From an uncultured Oscillospiraceae bacterium (GTDB lineage: Bacteria; Bacillota; Clostridia; Oscillospirales; Oscillospiraceae), in contig CANQTO010000007.1 in assembly GCA_947626785.1 (NCBI GenBank), positions 5,548 through 69,547 of the forward strand: DNA of 64,000 nucleotides, written 5' to 3'. A program made the position numbers and the translations under genes. Within the stretch, counting starts at the first letter, position 1, and every line of letters begins with the position of its first letter. The notes beneath the pieces were generated by a model, which was not told the DNA's origin, ran no database searches, and saw only the letters and a list, made by a program, of their open reading frames with translations. Of this stretch, positions 24,948 to 34,338 are shown piece after piece.

Positions 24948-26795
24948 TTATTCTCCAAAATCGCAAAGAAGCCACACAAAGCCGCCGGAGGGGAGGGTCA
25001 CCGCCCGCTTGTCCTGGGGTAGGCCGGTCCAGAGATCGGTATACTCCCCCAGCTCGTCCACGCGGACGGTCTTCTCCTCGTCCGAGAAGTTGTACAGGGC
25101 CACCAGCTTCTCCCCCTGGTAATAGCGGCCCAGGCCCAGGACGCCCCGGTCCCCGGTCCGCACCAGCCAGACGTCCGCCCCGGCCTCAAAGGCCCGGTGC
25201 CCGGCCCGGAGCCGCTCCAGCCGCCGCAGGGCGCCGAAGAGCTGCCCCTCCACCGTCTCCGGGTCATGCCGCCGGGCAGCCGCTTCCCAGTCCATGTCCC
25301 CCCGGTGAAGCCAGCGGCTGTCCTCCGCCTTCAAAGGCTCGTCGTGATAGCCGTAGTCGTTCTCCCGGGCGATCTCGTCCCCGCTGTACAGGACCGGCAC
25401 GCCGCTGAGGCTGAGCACGAAGGCGTGGAGCATCTCGTCCAGCAGCAACGCGTGGGTCAGCTTCTCCCGGTCCCCCTCCCGGCGGGCCGTCTCCAGGCCG
25501 CAGAGAGAGGCGGTGGTGCCGCAGAGCCGCGCGTCCCGGAGCCGGGGGTCGTTGTTGTACAGCTCGCCCCGGGCCGGGCTGCCGGGCCAGACGCCGGTGA
25601 GGTAGTCGTTGAGGAATTTCTTGTGGGCGCCCTCCTCCATACCGAAGCGGCCCAGGTAGCCGTAGTCCAGGCCCCAGCCGATGTCGTCATGGCAGCGCAG
25701 ATAGTTGAGGAAGGCGTATTCCCTGGGCAGGCGGAACACCTGCTCCAGCTGCTGCTCCAGCAGGCGCACGTCCCGGGTGGCCACCGTGTGCCAGGTGCTG
25801 GCCATGGTGGTCACATTGTAGAGCATGTGGCACTCGGGCCGCTCCGGACTGCCGAAGTAGGGGGCCACCTTGGCCGGCTCCATGACCACCTCCCCCAGCA
25901 GCAGCGTGCCGGGGCAGACGATCTCGCAGGCCAGGCGCATCAGCCGCACCAGGCTGTGGACCTGGGGCAGGTTCCGGCAGCTGGTGCCCAGCTCCTTCCA
26001 GATATAGGGCACCGCGTCCAGGCGGATGATGTCCACCCCCTGGTTGCACAGAAAGAGCATGTTCTCCGTCATGTCCCGCAGCACGACGGGGTTGCCGTAG
26101 TTCAGGTCCCACTGGTAGGGGTAGAAGCTGGTCATGACCACCTTCCCCGCCTCCGGACACCAGGAGAAGCTGCCGGGGGCGGTGGTGGGGAAGACCTGGG
26201 GCACGGTCTTCTCGTACTCATTGGGGATGTCCCAGCTGTCAAAGAAGAAGTAGCGCTCCTGGTATTCCTTCTCTCCTGCCCGGGCCCGGCGGGCCCACTC
26301 GTGGTCCTCGCTGCTGTGGTTCATCACGAAGTCCAGGCACAGGGAGATGCCCCGGCTGTGGCAGTCCGCCGCCAGCTCCGCCAGGTCCTCCATGGTCCCC
26401 AGCTCCGGCTGCACCTGCCGGAAATCCGCCACGGCATAGCCCCCGTCGCTGCGGCCCTCGGGGCTGAGGAGCAGGGGCATCAGGTGCAGATAGTTGACGC
26501 CGCAGTCCTCTATGTAGCTTAGCTTCTCCCGGACGCCCCGCAGGGTGCCGGCAAAGGCCTTCACATACAGCTGCATCCCCGTAAGAGCCCGGTCCTTATA
26601 CCAGTCCGGCCGGGCCAGGCGCTGCCGGTCCAGCTCCCTCAGGGCCTCCGGCCGCTGCTCCCAGGCCCCGCGCAGCATGGCGAGAAAGGCGGAGCTGCCC
26701 GCCTCGTCTCCGGGGTAGAGGCTTTCCCAGAGCTCCTCCATCTCGGCCCGGCGGGGCGCCGCCCGCCGTTCAAATTCTCCGGTCTGTTCTCTCAT
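24948..26795 (-). CDS. GH13 alpha-amylase-family enzyme, amylosucrase-like
   Basis: The 615-aa product has GH13 conserved regions DFVMNHSS, GVDIIRLDAVPYIWKELG, LLGEVVMEP and NYLRCHDDIGW. The N-terminal helical domain and overall pattern match what I recall for amylosucrases. Confidence 0.7.
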   Translation of the reverse strand: MREQTGEFERRAAPRRAEMEELWESLYPGDEAGSSAFLAMLRGAWEQRPEALRELDRQRLARPDWYKDRALTGMQLYVKAFAGTLRGVREKLSYIEDCGVNYLHLMPLLLSPEGRSDGGYAVADFRQVQPELGTMEDLAELAADCHSRGISLCLDFVMNHSSEDHEWARRARAGEKEYQERYFFFDSWDIPNEYEKTVPQVFPTTAPGSFSWCPEAGKVVMTSFYPYQWDLNYGNPVVLRDMTENMLFLCNQGVDIIRLDAVPYIWKELGTSCRNLPQVHSLVRLMRLACEIVCPGTLLLGEVVMEPAKVAPYFGSPERPECHMLYNVTTMASTWHTVATRDVRLLEQQLEQVFRLPREYAFLNYLRCHDDIGWGLDYGYLGRFGMEEGAHKKFLNDYLTGVWPGSPARGELYNNDPRLRDARLCGTTASLCGLETARREGDREKLTHALLLDEMLHAFVLSLSGVPVLYSGDEIARENDYGYHDEPLKAEDSRWLHRGDMDWEAAARRHDPETVEGQLFGALRRLERLRAGHRAFEAGADVWLVRTGDRGVLGLGRYYQGEKLVALYNFSDEEKTVRVDELGEYTDLWTGLPQDKRAVTLPSGGFVWLLCDFGE

Positions 26796-27009
26796 ATCCG
26801 CTCCCTCTGCCGGCGGAAAGGCCGGCGAACATGTTGTTTAAAACAAAGCGCGAACATTTTACCATGCTTTTTCCCCTTTGTACAGAGTCAGATAACTGCA
26901 AAAACCCAGCCGCGCCTTTCAGAAATTCATAAATCGCTAACAATTTTTTAAGCGATGTTTCAGCTTCGCGTTTTATTTTAGGGTGTATCGAAAGGAGGAG
27001 AGCTTCCCA

Positions 27010-27975
27010 TTGATCGAAGTTGAACATCTGACGAAAAAATACGGGGATGTGACGGCGGTGTCGGACCTGTCCTTTACCATCGAGCCGGGGCAGATCTACG
27101 GCTTTTTGGGCCCCAACGGGGCGGGCAAATCCACCACCATGAACATCATGACCGGCTGCCTGTCGGCCACCGAGGGGCACGTGCGCATCGACGGGCACGA
27201 CATTTTTGAGGAGCCGGACCAGGCCAAGCGGCTCATCGGCTACCTGCCGGAGCAGCCGCCCCTGTATCTGAACGAGACGCCCCTGGAGTACCTGCGCTTC
27301 GTGGGCGAGGCCAAGGGCCTCAAGGGCCCGGCCCTGACCGAGCAGGTGGAGGCAGTGCTCCGCCAGACGGGGACGGAGGGCGTCAAGAACCGGCGCATCG
27401 CCGCCCTGTCCAAGGGCTACAAGCAGCGGGTAGGCATCGCCCAGGCTCTGCTGGGGGACCCCCAGACGATCATCCTGGATGAGCCCACCGTGGGCCTGGA
27501 CCCCTTACAGATCATCGAGATCCGGGATCTCATCAAGGAGCTGGGAAAGACCCACACGGTGCTCTTCAGCTCCCACATCCTCTCCGAGGTGCAGACCATC
27601 TGCGGCCAGATCCTGATCCTCTCCAAGGGCCGGCTGGTGGCCTTCGACACGCCGGAGAACCTGGAAAAGCGCATGAGCGCCCACGAGATCCTCCTCACCG
27701 CCGACGCGCCCCAGGACCAGGTGGTGGAGATCTTAGTAGAGACGGACGGGATCTCCCCATTGGACTTGAGCGAGAAGGAGCCCGGCATCACCCAGGCCCG
27801 GATCGGCGTGGAGGACGGGGACCTGTACGGCGCCTCCCGCCGGCTGTTCTTCGCCTTTGCCCGAAAGAACGTGGCCCTGCTGGAGCTGGGGCTCAGGCGG
27901 GCCAATCTGGAGGATATCTTCATTGAACTGACGGAAAAGGAGGCGCAGAGCCATGACGGCCATCCTGAAGCATGA
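27010..27975 (+). CDS. ABC-2 type transporter ATP-binding protein (GldA-like)
   Basis: This is ORF 26983..27975 with a likely TTG start at 27010 (AAAGGAGGAG 9 nt upstream). It has Walker A GPNGAGKST, signature LSKGYKQR and Walker B ILDEPT. Confidence 0.85.
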   Translation: MIEVEHLTKKYGDVTAVSDLSFTIEPGQIYGFLGPNGAGKSTTMNIMTGCLSATEGHVRIDGHDIFEEPDQAKRLIGYLPEQPPLYLNETPLEYLRFVGEAKGLKGPALTEQVEAVLRQTGTEGVKNRRIAALSKGYKQRVGIAQALLGDPQTIILDEPTVGLDPLQIIEIRDLIKELGKTHTVLFSSHILSEVQTICGQILILSKGRLVAFDTPENLEKRMSAHEILLTADAPQDQVVEILVETDGISPLDLSEKEPGITQARIGVEDGDLYGASRRLFFAFARKNVALLELGLRRANLEDIFIELTEKEAQSHDGHPEA

Positions 27976-28816
27976 GCTTCGCGGCTATTTCCACTCCCTG
28001 ACAGCCTACGTGTTCGGGGCCTTCCTGCTGATGTTCGTGGGCCTGGGGGCCCTGCGCTACAACATCCAGGCGGCGGTGAGCAATTTCGAGTTCGTGCTGG
28101 AATACTGCTCCCTGGTGCTGGCCATCATCGTGCCCATCCTGACCATGCGGGTCCTGGCGGAGGAACGGCGGCAGCGGACGGATCAACTGCTCTACTCCCT
28201 GCCCGTCAGCACCACCCAGGTCATTCTGGGCAAGTATCTGGCCCTGCTGGTGCTCTACCTGATCCCCCTGGCGGTGGTGGCCCTCTATCCCCTGCTGTTC
28301 TCCCAGTTCGGGGAGGTCTATCTGCCGGCGGCCTATGGCTCCATCTTCGCCTTCTTCCTGATGGGGGCGGCCCTCATCGCCCTGGGCGTCTTTCTCTCCT
28401 CCCTGACGGACAACCAGGGCCTGGCCGCGGGCCTGGGCCTGGCGCTGATGCTGTTCAACTACTTCAGCGTGAGTTTGTCGGAGTACGTGTCCGCCACGGC
28501 CTTCGGGTCCGTCGCCGCGCTGACGGTGCTGATCCTGCTGCTGTGCCTGCTGGTCCGCTTCGTGACCCGAAACGAGAACCTGGCCTATGTGACCGGCATC
28601 GTTTTGATGGTAGCGGTCATGGCGGCCTATTTCCTGGCTGGGGAGGCCTTTGACGAGCTTCTGCCGCGGATGATGACGGCCCTGTCCCTCTTCGACCGCT
28701 TTGAGAGCTTCGTCAATGGGGTCTTCGACCTGACGGCGGTGGTCTTTGACCTGACGGTCATCGTCCTGTTTCTGTTTTTGTCGGTCCAGTCCCTGGAGAA
28801 GAGGAGGTACAACTGA
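27953..28816 (+). CDS. ABC-2 type transporter permease (GldF-like)
   Basis: The 287-aa product is polytopic (~6 TM). Its start overlaps the ATPase gene end. Confidence 0.75.
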   Translation: MTAILKHELRGYFHSLTAYVFGAFLLMFVGLGALRYNIQAAVSNFEFVLEYCSLVLAIIVPILTMRVLAEERRQRTDQLLYSLPVSTTQVILGKYLALLVLYLIPLAVVALYPLLFSQFGEVYLPAAYGSIFAFFLMGAALIALGVFLSSLTDNQGLAAGLGLALMLFNYFSVSLSEYVSATAFGSVAALTVLILLLCLLVRFVTRNENLAYVTGIVLMVAVMAAYFLAGEAFDELLPRMMTALSLFDRFESFVNGVFDLTAVVFDLTVIVLFLFLSVQSLEKRRYN

Positions 28817-30264
28817 TGGAAAAGAAGAAATTCCGGTTCTTTGGGCCGGAGGGCTCCGTCAATAAGATCGCCCTGCGGGGCGGGAGCTATTCCCTGGCCG
28901 TCACCGCCCTGGTGCTGGCCATTCTGATCGTGGTGAACGTCTTCGTCTCGCTGCTCCCGGCCTCGGCCACCCGCTTTGATATCAGCGCCTCCAAGCTCTA
29001 CTCCATCACCAGCAACACCAAGGTGGTGGTCAATAATCTTCAGCAGGACGTAAAGCTCTACTGGATCGTCCAGGCCGGGGAGGAGGACGAGGTCATCGAG
29101 ACGCTTTTGAGCAAGTACGACAGCCTCTCCGACCACATCTCCGTGGAGAAGCGGAACCCGGACGTGTACCCCACCTTCGCCCAGCAGTACACCGACGAGA
29201 CGGTGCAGAACAACAGCCTGGTGGTGGAGTGCGGGGACCGGAGCCGCTACATCGGCTACGAGGACATCTACGTGCAGGAGCCGGACCTATACTCCTATGC
29301 CTACAGCACCTCCTTTGACGGGGAGGGGGCCATCACCTCCGCCATCGACTACGTGACCACCGACGAGCTGCCGGTGCTGTACACTCTGGAGGGCCACGGG
29401 GAGGCGGAGCTGCCCGCTAGCTTCCAGGACGAGGTGGAGAAGGAGAACATCGAGCTCCGGTCCCTGTCCCTGCTGACGGCGTACGAGATCCCCGAGGACG
29501 CGGCCTGCCTGATGATCTACGCCCCCCAGAGCGACCTCTCCCAGGAGGAGGCGGACCGGCTCTCCGACTACGTATCCGGCGGCGGGAAGCTGCTGGTCCT
29601 GGCCGGGCCCACCGAGGACGGGACGCTAACGAACCTGTACGGAATCCTGCGGCCCTACGGCGTGACGCCCCAGGACGGCGTGGTGGTGGAGGCCGACCGG
29701 GAGCACTACGCCTTCCAGACCCCCTATGTGCTGCTGCCGGATATGAGCTCCGACCCCATCACCGACTCCCTGATCGACGAGCGCTATTACGCCATCCTCC
29801 CGGTGGCCCAGGGCCTGAGCGTCTCGGACAGCAGCGGCGCGGTCACCACCCTGATGAGCACCTCCGACTCCGCCTTCAGCAAGGCGGCGGGCTACGGCCT
29901 GAGCACCTATGAGAAGGAGGAGGGCGACACCGACGGGCCCTTCGCCCTGGCGGTGAAGGTGGAGGACAGCGGCGGCGGGCAGATCGTCTGGTTCAGCTCC
30001 TCCCTGCTGCTGGAGGACATGTACAACGCCTACTCCTCCGGCGCCAATGACGACCTGGGCATGAACGCCCTGTCCGCCCTCATCGGGCAGAGCGAGGCCA
30101 TGGCCATCCGCAGCAAGTCCCTCAATTACAACTATCTGACCATCAGCGCCTCCCAGGCCTCTCTGCTGAAGCTGCTGATGATCGGCCTGTTCCCGCTGGC
30201 CTACCTGGGCGTGGGCGTCGGCGTGGTGCTGAGAAGAAGGAGGCTCCAGAATGAAGCGGTCTAA
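28816..30264 (+). CDS. GldG-family ABC-transport auxiliary protein
   Basis: The 482-aa product has N- and C-terminal TM anchors around a large extracytoplasmic domain. Its position after the GldA/F-like genes matches the GldG (ABC_transp_aux) arrangement. Confidence 0.65.
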   Translation: MEKKKFRFFGPEGSVNKIALRGGSYSLAVTALVLAILIVVNVFVSLLPASATRFDISASKLYSITSNTKVVVNNLQQDVKLYWIVQAGEEDEVIETLLSKYDSLSDHISVEKRNPDVYPTFAQQYTDETVQNNSLVVECGDRSRYIGYEDIYVQEPDLYSYAYSTSFDGEGAITSAIDYVTTDELPVLYTLEGHGEAELPASFQDEVEKENIELRSLSLLTAYEIPEDAACLMIYAPQSDLSQEEADRLSDYVSGGGKLLVLAGPTEDGTLTNLYGILRPYGVTPQDGVVVEADREHYAFQTPYVLLPDMSSDPITDSLIDERYYAILPVAQGLSVSDSSGAVTTLMSTSDSAFSKAAGYGLSTYEKEEGDTDGPFALAVKVEDSGGGQIVWFSSSLLLEDMYNAYSSGANDDLGMNALSALIGQSEAMAIRSKSLNYNYLTISASQASLLKLLMIGLFPLAYLGVGVGVVLRRRRLQNEAV

Positions 30265-31654
30265 GAAATTGGCGGTCCTGCTGGGGGTGCTGCTGGTGGC
30301 GGTCGTCGCCACCGTGGGCCTGAGCTTTTTCCGGGAGAAGACCGAGCAGATCAAAACCAGCGGGGAGGTCGTCCTGGAGATCGACCCGGACACGGTCACG
30401 GCCCTGTCCTGGGAGTACCAGGGGGAGAGCCTGGCCTTCCACAGGGACGGCAGCTGGCTCTGGGATGAGGACAGCGCCTTCCCGGTGGACCAGGAGAAGA
30501 TGGCGGACTTTCTCAGCCGCTTTGAGGCCTTTGCCGCCGCCTTCACCATCGAGAACGTGGAGGACTACGGCCAGTACGGCCTGGACAAGCCCCTGTGTAC
30601 CGTGGAACTGAGCGCCGGGGACCAGAACGTCACGCTCCAGCTGGGGGATTACAGTCAGATGGACTCCAAGCGCTACGTGTCCATCGGGGACGGGAACGTG
30701 TACCTGGTCAACGACGACCCCCTGGACGACTACGACGCCACCATCCGGGACATGATCGACAACGACGAGCTGCCCAGCTTCGAAGAAGTCAGCCGTCTCC
30801 AGTTCAGCGGCGCGGCGGACTATGAAGTCCTCCGGGAGGAGGACAGCGGCAAGTCCCCCTGCGAGGACGACGTGTACTTCACCGAGCAGGGCGGCAGGAC
30901 TTTGCCTCTGGATACCTCCCTGGTGGACGGGTATCTGGCCAACATCACTCTCCTGGACGCCACGAACTACGTGACCTACAACGCCACGCCGGAGGAGCTG
31001 GAAAGCTACGGGCTGGATACGCCGGAGCTGACCGTCTCGGCAGACTACAGCGCCAAGGATGAGGACGGCAAGGAACAGGCGGCAAGCTTCACTCTGTCCG
31101 TCAGCCGGGACCCGGAGGAAGCGGCCAAAGCCAGCGCCGAAGATGAGGAGGACACGGAGGACGAAGAGATCACCGCCTATATGCGCGTGGGCGAGTCCCC
31201 CATCGTCTATCAGATCGACGGGGCCGACTACAAGAAGCTGATGGCCGCCTCGGTGGACGACCTGCGGCACAAGGAGCTGCTGACGGCGGATTTCGAGGCC
31301 GTGACGCAGCTGGATGTCTCCCTGGAGGGCGAGGACTACAGCCTGAGCCCCCGGACCGAGGACGGGAAGACCCTCTGGACCTACGGCGAGGAGGAGTCGG
31401 AGGACGCCGGCCTGCAGAGCGCTCTGGAAAAGCTGGCGGCGGAGGAGTTCACCGCCGAAAAGCCCTCCGGCCAGTTGGAGACCGGCCTGACGGTCCATCT
31501 GGACAGTGAGAACTTCCCCACCGTGCAGATCCAGCTCTACCGCTATGACGGGACCTACTGCCTGGCGGTGATCGACGGCGTCCCCACGGCTCTCATCCCC
31601 CGCTCCCAGGCGGTGGACCTGATGGAAGCGGTCCGCGCGATCGTGCTGAAATAA
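30251..31654 (+). CDS. DUF4340-like membrane-anchored protein
   Basis: The 467-aa product has an N-terminal anchor (MKRSKKLAVLLGVLLVAVVA) and an acidic extracellular region. The gene overlaps the GldG-like gene end. I recall DUF4340 proteins typically following GldG homologs. Confidence 0.55.
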   Translation: MKRSKKLAVLLGVLLVAVVATVGLSFFREKTEQIKTSGEVVLEIDPDTVTALSWEYQGESLAFHRDGSWLWDEDSAFPVDQEKMADFLSRFEAFAAAFTIENVEDYGQYGLDKPLCTVELSAGDQNVTLQLGDYSQMDSKRYVSIGDGNVYLVNDDPLDDYDATIRDMIDNDELPSFEEVSRLQFSGAADYEVLREEDSGKSPCEDDVYFTEQGGRTLPLDTSLVDGYLANITLLDATNYVTYNATPEELESYGLDTPELTVSADYSAKDEDGKEQAASFTLSVSRDPEEAAKASAEDEEDTEDEEITAYMRVGESPIVYQIDGADYKKLMAASVDDLRHKELLTADFEAVTQLDVSLEGEDYSLSPRTEDGKTLWTYGEEESEDAGLQSALEKLAAEEFTAEKPSGQLETGLTVHLDSENFPTVQIQLYRYDGTYCLAVIDGVPTALIPRSQAVDLMEAVRAIVLK

Positions 31655-31667
31655 AATCGTACCACAT

Positions 31668-31701
31668 AAAAAACCAGACGGTTCGATCCGTCTGGTTTTT
31701 T
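31668..31701. terminator. bidirectional intrinsic terminator
   Basis: AAAAAACCAGACGG / CCGTCTGGTTTTTT lies between the convergent DUF4340 and lysR genes. Confidence 0.85.
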
Positions 31702-31703
31702 CA

Positions 31704-32591
31704 TTATGCCCGCTCTGTGACGTAGCGTTTCACATAGTCGGCAAAGCGCCGGGTTGCGGGGCCCGCCTTGCTGCCCGCCGCGATGGCCAGGCCGATGACC
31801 CGCTTAGCCTCCGGCACCAGGGGCAGCGTCAGCAGCCGGTCGTGCCGCCCCTTCAGCAGCAGCTCCGGCATGATGCTCATGCCCAGGCCCTGCTCCACCA
31901 TGGCGATGATGGCGTAGTCGTCCTTGGTGTAAAAGCGCACGTTGGGCTTGACCCCCGCCGCCTCCAGGGCCCGGCGGGCGTCGTGGTCGGAGCTCTGGAG
32001 AAGGCTGATAAAGGGCTCTGTCTCGCACTCGGACAGGGGGAAGCGGGGGTAGCTGGCAAAGCGGCTGTCCTCCGGCAGGATCGCCAGCAGCCGGTCCTCC
32101 ATCAGGGGGATGTACTCGCAGTCCAGCTCACAGGGCAGATTCACAAAGCCGATGTCCACGCTGCCGTCGGAGAGCCACTGCTCCACGTCGTGATAGTCCC
32201 CGTTGAGGAGCTTGAAGTCCACCTTGGGGTAGTCCGTCTGGAACTCCTTCAGCACCCCCGGCAGCCAGTGGACGGCCACGGAGGTGAAGGCCCCGATACG
32301 CACGGTGCCCGCCTCCAGGCCCCGGATGGAGGCAGCCTGCTGCTCCAGCTGCTCGGCGCTGTTGAGCAGGCCCCGGACCGCCGGCATCAGCCGCTCCCCC
32401 TCGGCGGTGAGCTTCACCCCCGCCCGGCTCCGCTTCAGCACCGCGAAGCCCAGCTCCTTCTCCAGAGCCTCGATCCCGTGGCTCACCGCGGACTGGGTGC
32501 AGCCCAGGACCTGGGCGGCCCCGGTCAAGCTCTCCTGCTCCACCACCGCCATCAGCATCTCATATCTCGCCAGCGTCATGTCTGCCTCCAT
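31704..32591 (-). CDS. LysR family transcriptional regulator
   Basis: The 295-aa product has an N-terminal HTH (SLTGAAQVLGCTQSAVSHGIEALEKELG) and a substrate-binding C-domain. Confidence 0.9.
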   Translation of the reverse strand: MEADMTLARYEMLMAVVEQESLTGAAQVLGCTQSAVSHGIEALEKELGFAVLKRSRAGVKLTAEGERLMPAVRGLLNSAEQLEQQAASIRGLEAGTVRIGAFTSVAVHWLPGVLKEFQTDYPKVDFKLLNGDYHDVEQWLSDGSVDIGFVNLPCELDCEYIPLMEDRLLAILPEDSRFASYPRFPLSECETEPFISLLQSSDHDARRALEAAGVKPNVRFYTKDDYAIIAMVEQGLGMSIMPELLLKGRHDRLLTLPLVPEAKRVIGLAIAAGSKAGPATRRFADYVKRYVTERA

Positions 32592-32593
32592 AG

Positions 32594-32608
32594 ATGAAAA
32601 ATTTTCAT
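32594..32608. promoter_or_regulatory. LysR-type T-N11-A palindrome
   Basis: ATGAAAA-A-TTTTCAT has perfect 7-bp arms. It sits 3 nt upstream of the lysR start, in the lysR/putP divergent region. Confidence 0.45.
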
Positions 32609-32753
32609 TTTATTATGAGTAAAATCAAGTCTTTACATATTATAACGAAAATTTTGAGGATTTCAAGCCCCAAAGGGAGATTTTTCTCTTGTTTTCAAAT
32701 CATTACCCGATATAATCAAACTATCCTGTTTGAGAAAAGAGAGGACCCCTTCT

Positions 32754-34277
32754 ATGACAAGCGCAAGTATCTGCATCCTGGCCGCCATCGTCGTGTACCT
32801 GATCGGTATGCTGGCTATCGGCGCGGTCTACTCCAAAGGCAACAACAGCTCCACAGACTTCTATCTGGGCGGCCGGCGCCTGGGCCCCATCGTGGTGGCC
32901 ATGAGCACCGAGGCCTCGGATATGAGCAGCTGGCTGCTGATGGGCGTGCCCGGTCTGGCCTACTTCTGCGGCCTGGCCGACGCCACCTGGACCGTTATCG
33001 GTCTGGCCGTGGGCACCTACCTGAACTGGCTGATCGTAGCCAAGCGCCTGCGGCGCTATTCCGCCCGGGTAGACGCCATCACCATCCCGGACTTCTTCTC
33101 CCACCGCTACCGGGACAAGAGCGGGCTGATCGAGGGCATCGCGGCGGTGATCATCATCGTCTTCTTCGTGCCCTACACCGCCTCCGGCTTTGCCGCCTGC
33201 GGCAAGCTCTTCACCAACCTCTTTGATATCGACTACATGGTGGCTATGCTCATCAGCGCGGCAGTCATCGTGGCCTACTGCGCCATGGGCGGCTTCATGG
33301 CCGCCTCCGTCACCAGCCTGATCCAGAGCATCGTCATGAGCGTCGCCCTGATCGTCATCCTGGTCTTCGGCATCCACTCCGCCGGCGGCTGGAGCGCGGT
33401 GGTGGCCAACGCCCAGACCGTCCCCGGCTACCTGAGCCTCACCTCCAGCACCAACATTCTCTCCACCACCCCCGGCAAGTACGGCTTTATCACCATCTGC
33501 TCCACCATGGCCTGGGGCCTGGGCTACTGCGGCATGCCCCACATCCTCAACCACTTCATGGCCATCAACGACGAGGAGAAGCTGGCTGTCTCCCGCCGCA
33601 TCGGCAGCATCTGGGTGGTCATCTCCATGAGCATCGCCATCATTGTCGGCGTGGTGGGCTTCGGCATGAGCAGCAAGGGCGTTATCGCCCCCTTTGACAG
33701 CTCCTCCGCCGCCGAGGCCATCCTGGTGCGCATCTCCTCCCTCATGAGCTCCTACGGCATCATCCCGGCCCTGATCGCGGGCCTGGTCCTGGCCGGCATC
33801 CTGGCCTCCACCATGTCCACCGCCGACGCCCAGTTGCTGGCCTCCGCCTCCAGCATCTCCCACAACCTGCTCCAGGGCGTGTTCCACCTGAAGCTCTCCA
33901 GCGCCCAGGAGATGTTCATCGCCCGCATCACCGTGCTGCTGGTGGCTCTGGCCGGCGTGTTCCTGGCCCGGGACCCCAACAGCTCCGTCTTCGGCATCGT
34001 TTCCTTCGCCTGGGCCGGCTTCGGCGCCTCCTTCGGGCCCGTGATGCTCATGGCCCTGTTCTGGAAGCGCTCCAACCGTTACGGCGCTCTGGCCGGCATG
34101 GTCTCCGGCGGCGTGATGGTCTTCGTCTGGAAGTACCTGGTCCGGCCCCTGGGCGGCGCCTGGGACATCTACGAGCTGCTCCCCGCCTTCCTGGTGGCCT
34201 GCGCGGCCATCGTCCTGGTGAGTCTGGCCACCAAGGCCCCGGAGAAGGATATCGTAGAGGAATTCGAGAGCATCTGA
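32754..34277 (+). CDS. putP: sodium:proline symporter (SSS family)
   Basis: This is ORF 32730..34277 with the start at ATG 32754. The ~507-aa product has ~13 TM segments and the SSS-family N-terminal motif FYLGGRRLGP, with PutP-like length and pattern. Confidence 0.75.
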   Translation: MTSASICILAAIVVYLIGMLAIGAVYSKGNNSSTDFYLGGRRLGPIVVAMSTEASDMSSWLLMGVPGLAYFCGLADATWTVIGLAVGTYLNWLIVAKRLRRYSARVDAITIPDFFSHRYRDKSGLIEGIAAVIIIVFFVPYTASGFAACGKLFTNLFDIDYMVAMLISAAVIVAYCAMGGFMAASVTSLIQSIVMSVALIVILVFGIHSAGGWSAVVANAQTVPGYLSLTSSTNILSTTPGKYGFITICSTMAWGLGYCGMPHILNHFMAINDEEKLAVSRRIGSIWVVISMSIAIIVGVVGFGMSSKGVIAPFDSSSAAEAILVRISSLMSSYGIIPALIAGLVLAGILASTMSTADAQLLASASSISHNLLQGVFHLKLSSAQEMFIARITVLLVALAGVFLARDPNSSVFGIVSFAWAGFGASFGPVMLMALFWKRSNRYGALAGMVSGGVMVFVWKYLVRPLGGAWDIYELLPAFLVACAAIVLVSLATKAPEKDIVEEFESI

Positions 34278-34293
34278 AAAAGAACTCTATATG

Positions 34294-34329
34294 AAAAAGT
34301 CCTGCGGTGCGTTGCCGCAGGACTTTTTT
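34294..34329. terminator. bidirectional intrinsic terminator
   Basis: AAAAAGTCCTGCGG / CCGCAGGACTTTTTT lies between convergent putP and the CNNM gene. Confidence 0.85.
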
Positions 34330-34338
34330 GATCCTTTT

